Assembly: GCA_004431415.1 (NCBI GenBank)
Contig: QPMI01000602.1
Span: 124,001 to 188,000 of the forward strand
From: Cyanophora paradoxa CCMP329
Taxonomy: Eukaryota; Plantae; Glaucophyta
Direction: 5' to 3'
Length of the DNA: 64,000 bases
Numbering within the stretch: position 1 is the first letter of the stretch; each line of letters opens with the position of its first letter. The position numbers and the translations under genes are program-made. Positions 37,972 to 50,809 of this stretch are shown here, one piece after another. Below the pieces are notes generated by a model. That model did no database searches, was not told where the DNA came from, and saw only the letters and a list, made by a program, of their open reading frames with translations.

Positions 37972-38402
37972 TGCAACCCACGTCGCCTAGTGTGCTTAGT
38001 TGTACCCTTCCCAAACGTTACCAGCTTAGTTTGTGGCATAATTTCAAGCATTTCCAAATAAATTAAAACCATTTCGAAACTGCTGAACCGCCGGGCCGAG
38101 TACCTGCCCCAGCTGCAGCACCTTCGCTGCGAGACTCATGATCACACGCGGCGCAATTGACCACATTCGTATATATAGCTGTATACTCAGTGACTGAACA
38201 AAGGTGTCTATGCACTGAACAAAATGTACATCCATGACCAGGATTCCCGGAGCCCCTCGCCGGAATTTGGAGCGGCTGGTCCGTCGGCGGTGTGTGCGCG
38301 CGCTGTTGCACCGGGGCGCGGTGTTGAGGACGGCTGGCCGGCCCGTCCCGCGGGCCCGGGGCACGAGGTGCCGGCCGGCCCGGCCATCCGGCACCTGGGG
38401 CC

Positions 38403-39727
38403 TCACGCAGGGGGCATGGCGTCGAGGCACGCCTTGAGCTCGGCGATCAGGTCCTGCACGTCCTCGATGCCCACCTGCCCGCCCGACCCGGTCGCGGCTC
38501 GAAGCAGGGGCCGGGCCGTGGCTCGGGGGTGGGCGCACGGAGAGGCGGATGAGCGTGTCGTCGATGCCGAGCTGCGCCCGCACCTGCCGGGCCGGCGGTG
38601 AGAGCCCCCCAACCGCAAGCCAAGCGATTCTCGCAAGGCACGTGCCTCGGGGGGCACGGAGGCGTGGGTCATGGTGGCGGGGTGCTCGATGAGCGACTCC
38701 ACGCCCCCGAGGCTCTCTGCCAGCGCGATCAGGCGGCAGCGCTCCAAAAAGGCCCGCGCCTGTGCGGCCACGGAGGTCCCGTCAGACCCGGCCCGCGCTC
38801 AAGCGAGATCTCTCGAGGGAAGGCCGAGGCGAGCCTGCGCCATGCCGCCCTTGACGAAGAACGTGATCTGCAGCGTCGGCGCGGGCCGGTACCCCCGTCA
38901 CGCGAGAAGCGGGGGGCGGCCGCAGGGGGAGGGGCCGTGCGCGCGCCATGCCCCCGAAGGAGCGCATCTGGCGGCTCGCCAGCGCGTGCTGCGGGTGGCT
39001 CGCCAGCCCGGGGTACGTCACCCGCTTCACCTGATCGCGAGAGCGGGCGCGCCTCAGCCGGGGCAACCGGGGGGGCACGCCGGGGGCAGCGGGCCTTGGG
39101 GTGTGCCTTGGAGGGGCCAGCCGATAGATCGGAGCATGCAGGCGTTAGCGCTAGCGCTTGCGCTTAGCGAAGGTCGGCCGACCTCGAGGAAGGCGGCGAC
39201 GGCCAAAGCGTTGCGCTCGTGCTCCCGCATCCGCACGTGGAGCGTCTTCAGGCCTGCCGCCCGCCCGGCGCTCGCACGGCCAGCGGGTTGAAGAGGGGGG
39301 CAGGGGAGGAGGAGGACGCGCCCCGCATGGCGAGGAAGCAGTCGAAGGGGGAGAGGATCGCCCCGATGCCGTTCTGCGGGCGGCGCTCTGACGAGAAGCG
39401 CAGAAGAGGACGGGGGCGAGGGCGGGGGCGGCTGGCGGGGCGGGCCTGGAGGAACTTGAGCCGCTCGTGGAGCTTCTCGTCGCTCGTCACCAGGCAGCCC
39501 CCGATCACTGCCCCGCGCCCCGCCCCGCCCCGCCCCGCCATCAGCTCCGCCCCGCCCGGCTCAGCCCGTCCATTCGGCGCTCGCGTGCACCGTCCGAGTG
39601 GCCCTGCGCGCGCCCCGGTCAGTCGCTCGCCCTTTCAGCGTCCAAGCGATCCAACGGGGGTACGCGCGTTGATGTATTTGGAGACCTGTCCGACCTCTGA
39701 GTCTCAGCGAGCGCTAGCGCGAGCGCG

Positions 39728-39766
<39 letters not shown>

Positions 39767-40894
39767 GGAGTGCATGACGATGCTCGCGCCGTGCTCCAAC
39801 GGCTGCTGCCCATACGGGCTGCGCATGCCGGCCGCACCGCGCGCTGAGTTCTGGCGGCGCGGCACGGCGACGCCCGGCTACAGGCGGACCTCATGAAGGT
39901 GTTGTCGACGACGAGGATGGCGCCCGTACCCTCCAGCGCCCGCGCCACCGCCGCGATGTCCACTAGCTGCGCCCTCGCCCGGGGCCGGCGCCCGATCCGG
40001 TCAGCCATGGCCAGGCCCGCCTCCAGGCCCTGGCGCGGGGCCTTCTTTTCCTCGCCTTCAGCGTGGGGTTCGTCGGTGTCTCGATCCAGACCATCCTCGT
40101 GTCTGGCGTCATGGCCTACCCGGCCCGACCCCGGCTTGGCTCTTAGAGCTGTCGCGTGCGGTTCCGCGGCGGCCGGCGCGCTCGCCTTGCGGACGTCGAC
40201 GGCGTCGTCCATGGGGATGAAGTCGAAGCGGACGCCCATGGGCGCCGCGATGCGCCGGAAGTACCGCTGCGTGCCCCCGTACACGTCGTCCACCACCAGG
40301 ACGTGGTCGCCGCTCTGCAGGGCGCGCGCGCGCGTGCGAGAGCTCGGCGCACAAGGAGGGGTCGTGGTGCGGCGCGCGCGGTGGACCTTCAAGAGGTGCA
40401 CGATAGTCGTTGTACACGCTAGGCCGCTGCTGAACGCAAGTCCAAACCTGCCCTTCTCCAGGGCCGCTATGCACTCCTCAAACGCCTGGCGCGTCGGGTT
40501 CCCCGATCGGCTGTAGTCATAGCCGGCATGGACGCCGGGACCGGCTTGCCGGAATGTTGTTGACAGCGAAACCGGCGGGATCTGCGGCGAAAATGAATGG
40601 GACTAAGCTATTTGCAGACCCTGCTGACGAAGCCTGAGCTCGCGCTGATGCAGCGCGGCCAAAGTCGCCGTCCCGTCAATGGCGCCGCGGCGCACCACGG
40701 CGCCAGTGCGAGGATCCGGCGGCTGTCCCGCGTGGATCGCGAGCGTGCCGAAGCCGAGCGAGCCGAGGTCAATCTCGTGCGGCGCGTCTGCGTGGCGCGC
40801 GGAGTCCGGTCAGGGGATTGGTCCGAGGCAGGACGCGCTGTATTTGTGCCCTACATGCACCCGGGTGCATGTACGCACCATGAACATGTGCCAT
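38403..40894 (-). CDS. CTH: Cystathionine gamma-lyase
   Basis: FGTLAIHAGQ, YDYSRSGNPTR, DDVYGGTQRYF, WIETPTNPTLK, VVDNTFM, HS/VSKYIN/GHSD (PLP Lys), LAESLGGVESL, LIRLS/VGIED. Confidence 0.95.
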
Positions 40895-40973
40895 TTTTGA
40901 GGGCGGAGAGACTCAGGGGGAACGTCCCGCTATGAGGGGTACGGGTACAGCAGTCAGGGGATATTCCATCAAA

Positions 40974-42761
40974 ATGTCCAGCACCGCGTTCCTGGCCCCC
41001 TCGACAGCGCTGCCGCAGCATGACCAGCTGCGCCGCGTGGACAACCTGCCGAAGGGCCTGCGCGCAGCCCAGGCTCCCAGCCTGAAGTGCAGCAAGCGCG
41101 CGGCTCCGGCGGCCCGTTTCGAAGTAACGTCGGCGACCCCCATCGTCGCGGAGGCGTCTGCGTCGGCTTCGTCGAGCAAGGGTGAGCGATAGCAGCGCCC
41201 CTCCCGCCCGCTGGGGCGCTTCGCGGTTTTCGGCTGTGATTGCGATTCGATGGGGCACTGAGCGCCGGCCTCCCGCTGTCCCCTGTGTCCCTCGCAGATG
41301 ATACTCCCATCCTGCTTCGTGCGGCGCGTGGCGAGCAGGTCGAGCGGCCCCCGGTGTGGATGATGCGTCAGGCCGGCCGGTATATGAAGGTCTACCAGGA
41401 CCTCGCTATCAAGCACCCGTCCTTCCGCGAGCGCTCGGAGAAGGTCGACCTCGCTGTTGAGATCTCGATGCAGGTCCGCAGCAGGCCCGCGCGCGCAGCC
41501 GCTTTCGAGCGCGGGGGCTGACGTCCTTCACTGGCAGCCGTTCCACGCTTTCAAGCCCGACGGTGTCATCATGTTCTCGGACATTCTCACCCCTCTCCCT
41601 GGCATCGGCATCCCGTTCGAGATTCTGGAGAAGCAGGGCCCGATCATCGACCCGCCCATCCGCACTTCCGCCCAGGTTGACGCGCTCACCGAGTTCGACC
41701 CCGAGAAGTCGATGCCGTTCATCAAGGAGATTCTCGGCGTGCGTCGCATCGTGTAACACGCACGCGCTTCGCCCGACGCCCTCCCGCAGCAACTCCGCGC
41801 GGAGGTCGGCAACCAGGCGACCGTCCTGGGCTTCGTCGGCGCGCCCTGGACGCTGGCCACTTACATTGTCGAGGGCAAGACCTCGAAGACCTACACCCGC
41901 ATCAAGTCGATGGCCTTCTCCGAGCCGGCCGCGCTCCACGCGCTGGTCCGTCCGCCCGCCCCCGCCCCCGCCAGCTCCGGCGCCGGCGCGGCCCTGACGC
42001 GCTTGCAGCTCGGCAAGCTGGCGGACGCCATTGCCGTCTACTGCCGCTACCAAATCGACTGCGGCGCTCAGGTCCTCCAGATGTTCGATTCGTGGTCGGG
42101 CCAGCTCTCGCCCCAGGTCCGCCGCTTCGCCGCGGCACACGCCCGCGCCTGTTGCCCCGCTGAGCGCGGCCGCAGGACTACGACGAGTTCGCGCTGCCGT
42201 ACCAGAAGCGTGTCATTGAGCAGGTGCGGCCGCCGGCGCAGCACGCCCCGGCCCCAATCGGCCCCGGCCTGAGCCGCCCTCGCAGGTGAAGAAGACGCAC
42301 CCGGACACGCCCCTGATCCTCTACATCTCCGGCTCGGCTGGCATCCTCGAGCGCATGGCCCAGTCCGGCGTGGACATCATCAGGTGCCGCGGCCCGGCCC
42401 CGGCGCCGCGCTCGCCCCGGAGATGCGAGCGGGGTGGGGCGCAGCGTGGACCACACCGTCGACATCGACGTCGCACGCAAGCGGATCGGCAACCTCGGTG
42501 TGCAGGGCAACATGGACCCGGCCGCCCTCTTCGGCTCGCACGACTTCATCCGCAACCGGTGGGCCCCGCCCCGCCCCGGCCCATCCCCAGCCCCTTCCCG
42601 CGGGCCGCACGTCGAGCGCCCCTTCCCGCAGTGTGATCGACACGATCAAGAAGGCGGGGACGCACAAGCATATCATGAACCTGGGCCACGGCGTGCTCGT
42701 CGGCACCCCCGAGGACGCCGTCGCCACCTACTTCCAGACCGTCCGCGACTACCGCTACTAG
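40974..42761 (+). CDS. hemE: Uroporphyrinogen decarboxylase, plastid-targeted
   Basis: MSSTAFLAP..; [49 protein letters not shown]. Confidence 0.96.
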
Positions 42762-43523
42762 TCTATTCTATAGCTAGACTAGCTGCTTGTGCATCGCATC
42801 CTGCAAATGCGATTTCGCACGAGTCCGACCTCCGCGGGGGGGCGGGGGGCGGCGGGGCCTAAGCGCCTATCCCCCACTACCGTGTCACAGTGTAATTATA
42901 AGACTTCACATATCCGGTCCGTAGTACTAGTACACTGTAGCTAGTACTAGTACTGCTCGCATTGCGGGCCCGCCAACGTACGTATACATGCCTTGGCATG
43001 AAGCCGGCAGTGCCATGGCCACGGTACGGCCCCCGCGCCGGCGGTGGCCCGGCACCGCCGGGCCGGGATCCGGACTGACCGAACACGCCGCGCCCGTGAT
43101 GCCCGCGGCCGTGACGAGAGAGCTCGAGCTCGAGACACTGCCGATCGAAGCCGATCGCGATCGACGTCGACTTCTTGCGGCGCCGACGTCCGACGGTCGA
43201 CCTGGCGCTGGCGCCGGCTGGCGCCGGCGGCCGCGCGCCGACCATATGCATCGCGATCGCTATCATAGCAGTCTCGTGGCGCCCGCATCGATGTGCACAA
43301 CGTATACGCTCCGATATGCATAGCCCCGAACCACTGGGCCGCGGGGAGACCGGGCCGTGGGCCCGTGGAGACCGCGATCGAGCCTGCACAGGTCTGCTTC
43401 CGCCAGGCGGCCGCACTTCGGGAGTGTGACAGGACGCCGCGATTCCATCGAAGGCATCTGAAGCCAAGATTCCAGCGCACGATCCAGCGTCGCTCTCTCT
43501 TGAGAACAAGCAGAGGCAGGAGA

Positions 43524-45298
43524 CTACAAGATAACGTCGTCTGGGTGGTACAGCTCCTGCAGCATGCGGTAAATGTAGGAGCTGTTGTTCGACGTGCTGC
43601 CGGGGAGGTGGGGCGGGCGTGAGCGAATGCGGGGGCGAGAGTCCCGGGGTACCGCACTGGTCGAAGACGTAGAGCTGGACGAGCTCGGGGGGCACGTAGT
43701 CGTAGACGGGATTGACGACGTGCACATCCTCGCTCCAATCTGGGGAGCGCTACTTCAGATTGCGGCGCCCGCTCAGAAAACACAAGCGCAGCCGACCCGA
43801 CGCGAAATTGAGGACGGGCGCCGGGCTGCGGAGCTCAGTGAAGGCGTCCTGGGACGACAGGCCGTCAGGGGCCGGGGCCAGCGGGCGGAGAGCGGCCTGC
43901 GGGCGCGCACCTGGTCGGCGGGGTACACGGGGCTCAGCTTGTAGAGCCCGACGGCCGCGACGAGGGGCACGGAGTAGTGCTTGGCGGCGGTGGCGAGCAC
44001 GTTGCCGCCTGCGTTGAGCACGAGCCCGCCGTTCGCCATTACTGGCGGCGCGTCAGGCCCGGGCCCCGCGGTCAAACGAGAGGGCGCCCGCGGACCGGCG
44101 TGGGCCCCAACGATGACTTTGTTCACTCGCGCCATCATCGCGAAGCTGCGCAGCAGCGCTCGCAAGGTCGCCGCCGGAGGCGAGCTCGGTAGGGCCGCGC
44201 GCACATGCAGGAGTCCGGAATGACAGTTGTCTGGATGCCCGCGGCCGCGAGGCGCACGGCCAGCTCGTGGCCCTCTTGCCTGCGCCGCCGCTCAGTATGC
44301 CGCCGGCTCGGAGCGGAGGCGCTTCGTCGCACAGCGGTCCGGTCTCGGCGATGAAGACCTCGAACTTCCGCTTCTTTGCGACGGCGAGCAGGAAGCGCTC
44401 GACGGTCCTCGAGGCACCGTAAGTCATGATGATCTCGCTGCGGAGGTGGCCGCGTCAGGACAGGCGCGCGGCCCTTAGACCGGACGACCGCACTTGGAGT
44501 GGATGTGCTCGTTGGCCACATAGCTGATCTCCTTCTCGGCGTTGGTGATCTCTTCGCTCAGGTCCGATATCCTCTCGATGACAGCCTGCCGCAGCTCTGC
44601 GGCGCGACAGGACCTCAGCTGGAAGCATCCGGCGGCTCCGGAACTGGGGCCGACGGCGGTGGCGCACTGGAGAAGGACTCGACGTACTGAACGGCGGCTG
44701 CGCTGCCATCTTCCATCAGGTTCCAGAGCTGCTTTTGCAGGCTCGACTGGGCTGACTGGGCGGAGGCGTGTGCGTCCGAGTGCTGCTCGCGCTGCGGCGG
44801 CGTGGGCGTGAGCGGTGGGCGCAGTCGCGTTTGCTCCAGCTGAGAGCGCACAGATCGCGAAGCCCCGACGTCGTCCTTCTCCCCCGAAGCGCCATCCTGC
44901 GCCTCCTTTCGCAAGCGCAAATACTCCTCGCGAATGATGTACAGAACGCGACGTATCGTGTTGCCGACCACGATGTCTGACGAGAACTCCCATGAGCGCA
45001 AGCCGCGCGCTCGCGCACAGCTGCGGGCGCACCGACGGGGTTGGCAGCGCCGAGTTTGCGTCCGGCCTGTTTGATGATGTCCATCAGCTGCTGGGCGTTC
45101 GACCAACGCCCCGACACCGTTAGCCGACACAGCTCGCAGGTCTTGAGGGCGAGGACCGCGGTGTCGGTGAACTCCCTGAGCGGTCCAGCACGAGGGCGCG
45201 GCGATCAGTTAGCACGCGGATGCAGCGCGGAAGATCGGCGCCGTGCCCGCGGACCTGCGGCGCAGCTGCGTCACGAATGTCTCGAGCGCCGACTCCAT
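43524..45298 (-). CDS. EIF2B2: Translation initiation factor eIF-2B subunit beta
   Basis: [82 protein letters not shown]. Confidence 0.93.
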
Positions 45299-45557
45299 CG
45301 CAGTGCTCCTAGCTGCTGATAGCGCTGGCGTCGCTCGGGCTCAAGGTCGCCGCCCGCTGCCTGTACCCGAGAAGACCAGGAGTTGGCTTGAAGTCGTGGC
45401 TTGATAAGGAGCTTGATGACTAGCATTGACTACTAAGTACCGGCTACGTATACGAATAATCTCGAGCGAGGACTCGCCGAGGAGGGGGGGGGGAGGGGAG
45501 GGGAGGGGGGGGGGGGGGCGAGCTGACTTGATCGGATCTAATCTGGCGCGCGTGCGC

Positions 45558-46815
45558 ATGCGCCCTTCACTCAATCTTGAGCTTTCAAAGCTGAGCTGTC
45601 GCCTGGACCAGCCTCGCTCAACTCAGTTCTTTGTCAAACGGGCTAGCTTTGAGCGTCCTAGCGCGCTGCTGCGGCGCACGTGCAGTCAACTGCCACTCGT
45701 ACACTCGTACCGGATCAACACTTCTGGTGCCTAGCAAGCATGCAGGACTCCTCCACAAGTACTCGCAGGCAGTCATCTGCTCCACGTACGTTGGTTGCCC
45801 CGCGAGCCTATGCGCTTTGCCACCGATCGCGTGCACGCACAGTGGCGCCGACGGACCTAGAACAGACTCCAATGATGTCGCATCTCTCTCTCGCCCAGAA
45901 CTTTCTGATCAAGCAGGTAACTAACTTTTGCTTGGAGCTCGAGCGGGGCAGCCGCTGACCGCGGTGCTTGTGCGCAGTACAACTTCTGGTCCCGCTGGAA
46001 GGATGCGCGGCTGTCTTCCGTCCAGAAGAGCGGAGGGAGCGCCCGCGCCGTTTCTGCTTCCCGAAAGCGCGCCGCCAGCTCCGAACTTCTTCCGGCAACG
46101 CGGCGATCCTCGAGGAGAGCCCGCCCAGTGCACAACTCCGAGTTCGAAGGAGAGACAGCGACAGTGGAAGCTGAGCCTGATCGGCCCGATCACCTGCCGC
46201 TGCAGCCTCCGACCGTCTCAGCTCCGACCAGCCCTTGCTTCGTTAGAAAGTTGCTGGCTTGCGCAGGGCGGAATCTCAGCATTTCTCAGGCTGAGATCTC
46301 TAAGATCGTCTCGGAAATCTCCGGCGACGGTGGCGAGCTCGAGCCGTCCGTGCACGGGTTGATCCTTCTTCTTCACCGGTGGTGAAATCCGTTTCTTTTT
46401 TGTCTGGTTTGCTGGGTCTCACCGCGTCTGCTGCACGCTTGTACGCAGGCCGTTCCGCATTGACCTCTGCGTCGAGATCAAGCGACTCCTCCTCTCCGTG
46501 CTGCGCGTGTCCAACATTCCGACGCATTTCGCGGTCGGCGACTTCTCCGTCGGTGACTCCTTTTCTGCAAATCGCCACGAATCGCACATCTGAATTTGCT
46601 CCGCAGGCGCATCCGTTCTCGAGCGCCTTTTCCAAGAGCAGGACAACTTTTCTTTAGTGGTGGAGGCACACCATTTCGAACAGCAAACACCGACTGGCAG
46701 AGGAATATGGTTGGAAGACGAGGACGAGGAGAACCTGGACGATGACCTGAAGCCAGCAGATCCCAATGCAGCCCCGGAGGTGTCCACTTTCTCTGTCGAT
46801 GATTTCTTCGCATGA
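45558..46815 (+). CDS. Hypothetical multi-exon protein with acidic C-terminus (start and frame uncertain)
   Basis: Splice-bounded exons; last exon ASVLERLFQEQDNFSLVVEAHHF..WLEDEDEENLDDD..FSVDDFFA*. Confidence 0.45.
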
Positions 46816-47923
46816 GGTAGACACTTGGCTTCGATCCTTTTCGCATTGGGAGCTTCTTTTGCATGTCTTTTTCTGATTTCAATTCAAATTATGCGTGTAC
46901 GTCACGCAATTCCAGATTTCAGGCAGAAAATTTTGATGAAAACAGCCAGTACTATAGCTATATATTTAGCATAGCTCGTTGCAGTAGATCTATATCTAGA
47001 GTTTCTCTTGTCTCTTGCTTGAGTACATCCGATGCATAGAATATCAATCACCTCAAGCTTGTCAAATTGAACTTGTAACATGGAAGGTGCCGCAGTGCAA
47101 AATATATTTGCAACTTTGCAAGATTGCGTGTATGTCCCTGCCCGTTCCCCGGGCCTGATTCGAATCCCTGCAGCGGCCGGTGATGCATATGCATCTACTA
47201 GGCTAGCGAGCACGTTGCAGTTGGCGCCAGCCCGTGTGTCATGATATACATGATCAATATCATGATCATGATGGAGCCTGGGAGCTCTCATTTGCAATTG
47301 GCTTATGTGCATGTCGCATATGCATATGCATTGGGACACGTACTAATTATAAAACGTTAACGCAGGTCCGGGCTACAAGTGTGGCCCATGGCCAGTGGGA
47401 AAGTACACTGCAGCTGCAGCTGCGGCCGCCGCGCGGCCGCGGGCCGGCGCCCATGGCCAGCCCACCAGCCTGGCAGCATGCGCAAGCTGGCCGACCGGGC
47501 CCTGCGTGTCTGCTTCGATTCAATGATTCTATTTATAATAATTATAGTTCTAGATCTAGCTATAGCTATATATATAGATCTACTGGGCTAGATCGATATT
47601 TGTTATCCGATGATCAATATTAATCATGGAATGTTGATCATCTGGCCGGCGGCAGTACGTCCGACCGATGACCGCGCGCGCTGCTGCGTGCACGTTCCAA
47701 GTTCTTCCAACGCATGCATGCATGCGCCGCGGCGCCGGGCTCGCGGGGTGCACGTGCTCGACTGAAAGAATCACCCAGCGGGGGTATACGTATACTTATC
47801 AGGTCAGGTCTCGGTAGTGTCCGAGCCCGCGACGGCCGCATCCATTAGCCAACGGTCGAACTGCAAGTAGCAGCAGCCCAACGAGCTTTCCAGGCGCAGC
47901 GCAGTTCGCTTCACATCGATATC

Positions 47924-48733
47924 ATGGAAGTTCTGAAACGTCCGCGCGCGGAGGAGTCCAACGGGCACAATGCTGCTGCTGAAGATCACGAGATCCGCGC
48001 CCTGATCGTCGAGTTCTGTAAGCAGGTGGGCGCGATCAATTCTTGCCGTGCCCACACCCCATGATCGTGTGCTCAGTTCTACACGCTCGGCTGGGTTTCT
48101 GGAACGGGAGGAGGAATTAGTGTGCGCTCGCCCAGCGGCCGTGTTTACGTCGCACCGAGTGGGGTGCGCCTGATCGATCCGGCGAGCCTCTCCTGCGTCG
48201 CGTCGACCGCCTCGCGGCAGGTACAAAAGGAGCGCATCTCCCCGGAGGATCTCTTTGTCCTGGACGCGAAAGGGGAGACTCTTCAGGCTCCTCTCAACCC
48301 GGACTTCAAGCCATCAGCATGCACGCCTTTGTTTATGAACGCGTACCGCATACGGAACGCAGGTGCAGACCCCTCTATAAACCGAGCACGCTTCGCACTG
48401 AATCCATCGAGCATATTAGGCGCTGTTATCCACAACCACAGCGTCTCGGCGGTGTTGGCCACTTTGCTGTTTCCGGGCAATGAGTTCAAGTGCACACATT
48501 TGGAAATGATCAAGGGTATCGAGGGGGCATGGCTACCACGACACGCTTGTCGTCCCCATTATCGAAAACAGTGCGTTATATAAGCAGTTTTTCTCAACTC
48601 TTGCGTAATTCTCTCTTCAGCCGCATACGAGTGCGATCTTGCCGACAGCTTGGCAGAGGCCATCGAGAAGTACCCTAAGTCCTCTGCTGTGCTTGTCAGA
48701 CGTCACGGAGTCTACGGTACGTGTCAGGTTCTG
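47924..48733 (+). pseudogene. APIP: APIP/MtnB copy 1, 3'-truncated
   Basis: Lacks the last exon; extra G at 48523-48527 shifts the frame (could be a homopolymer error). Confidence 0.85.
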
Positions 48734-48738
48734 ACTCC

Positions 48739-49693
48739 AACAGACTCCAATGATGTCGCATCTCTCTCTCGCCCAGAACTTTCTGATCAAGCAGGTAACT
48801 AACTTTTGCTTGGAGCTCGAGCGGGGCAGCCGCTGACCGCGGTGCTTGTGCGCAGTACAACTTCTGGTCCCGCTGGAAGGATGCGCGGCTGTCTTCCGTC
48901 CAGAAGAGCGGAGGGAGCGCCCGCGCCGTTTCTGCTTCCCGAAAGCGCGCCGCCAGCTCCGAACTTCTTCCGGCAACGCGGCGATCCTCGAGGAGAGCCC
49001 GCCCAGTGCACAACTCCGAGTTCGAAGGAGAGACAGCGACAGTGGAAGCTGAGCCTGATCGGCCCGATCACCTGCCGCTGCAGCCTCCGACCGTCTCAGC
49101 TCCGACCAGCCCTTGCTTCGTTAGAAAGTTGCTGGCTTGCGCAGGGCGGAATCTCAGCATTTCTCAGGCTGAGATCTCTAAGATCGTCTCGGAAATCTCC
49201 GGCGACGGTGGCGAGCTCGAGCCGTCCGTGCACGGGTTGATCCTTCTTCTTCACCGGTGGTGAAATCCGTTTCTTTTTTGTCTGGTTTGCTGGGTCTCAC
49301 CGCGTCTGCTGCACGCTTGTACGCAGGCCGTTCCGCATTGACCTCTGCGTCGAGATCAAGCGACTCCTCCTCTCCGTGCTGCGCGTGTCCAACATTCCAA
49401 CGCATTTCGCGGTCGGCGACTTCTCCGTCGGTGACTCCTTTTCTGCAAATCGCCACGAATCGCACATCTGAATTTGCTCCGCAGGCGCATCCGTTCTCGA
49501 GCGCCTTTTCCAAGAGCAGGACAACTTTTCTTTAGTGGTGGAGGCACACCATTTCGAACAGCAAACACCGACTGGCAGAGGAATATGGTTGGAAGACGAG
49601 GACGAGGAGAACCTGGACGATGACCTGAAGCCAGCAGATCCCAATGCAGCCCCGGAGGTGTCCACTTTCTCTGTCGATGATTTCTTCGCATGA
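48739..49693 (+). pseudogene. 5'-truncated copy of the 45558-46815 hypothetical gene
   Basis: Part of tandem unit 2. Confidence 0.5.
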
Positions 49694-50809
49694 GGTAGAC
49701 ACTTGGCTTCGATCCTTTTCGCATTGGGAGCTTCTTTTGCATGTCTTTTTCTGATTTCAATTCAAATTATGCGTGTACGTCACGCAATTCCAGATTTCAG
49801 GCAGAAAATTTTGATGAAAACAGCCAGTACTATAGCTATATATTTAGCATAGCTCGTTGCAGTAGATCTATATCTAGAGTTTCTCTTGTCTCTTGCTTGA
49901 GTACATCCGATGCATAGAATATCAATCACCTCAAGCTTGTCAAATTGAACTTGTAACATGGAAGGTGCCGCAGTGCAAAATATATTTGCAACTTTGCAAG
50001 ATTGCGTGTATGTCCCTGCCCGTCCCCCGGGCCTGATTCGAATCCCTGCAGCGGCCGGTGATGCATATGCATCTACTAGGCTAGCGAGCACGTTGCAGTT
50101 GGCGCCAGCCCGTGTGTCATGATATACATGATCAATATCATGATCATGATGGAGCCTGGGAGCTCTCATTTGCAATTGGCTTATGTGCATGTCGCATATG
50201 CATATGCATTGGGACACGTACTAATTATAAAACGTTAACGCAGGTCCGGGCTACAAGTGTGGCCCATGGCCAGTGGGAAAGTACACTGCAGCTGCAGCTG
50301 CGGCCGCCGCGCGGCCGCGGGCCGGCGCCCATGGCCAGCCCACCAGCTTGGCAGCATGCGCAAGCTGGCCGACCGGGCCCTGCGTGTCTGCTTCGATTCA
50401 ATGATTCTATTTACTAAGTTATAATAATTATAGTTCTAGATCTAGCTATAGCTATATATATAGATCTACTGGGCTAGATCGATATTTGTTATCCGATGAT
50501 CAATATTAATCATGGAATGTTGATCATCTGGCCGGCGGCAGTACGTCCGACCGATGACCGCGCGCGCTGCTGCGTGCACGTTCCAAGTTCTTCCAACGCA
50601 TGCATGCATGCGCCGCGGCGCCGGGCTCGCGGGGTGCACGTGCTCGACTGAAAGAATCACCCAGCGGGGGTATACGTATACTTATCAGGTCAGGTCTCGG
50701 TAGTGTCCGAGCCCGCGACGGCCGCATCCATTAGCCAACGGTCGAACTGCAAGTAGCAGCAGCCCAACGAGCTTTCCAGGCGCAGCGCAGTTCGCTTCAC
50801 ATCGATATC

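Noticed and set aside
9725-45518. Long poly-G/C tracts as functional G-quadruplexes
   Set aside because: Present (e.g. 9726, 15661, 20782, 39729, 45484) but no evidence of function, and homopolymer lengths are unreliable
46902-47339. 145-aa ORF repeated three times
   Set aside because: Lies in palindrome-scarred spacer DNA; repetition is due to the triplication, and the 5' ends differ by indels
42875-47819. CACTACCG...CGGTAGTG as ends of a Pack-CACTA element
   Set aside because: Flanking triplets differ (ccc vs tcc), the match is only 8 bp, and the span would include the housekeeping eIF2B-beta gene
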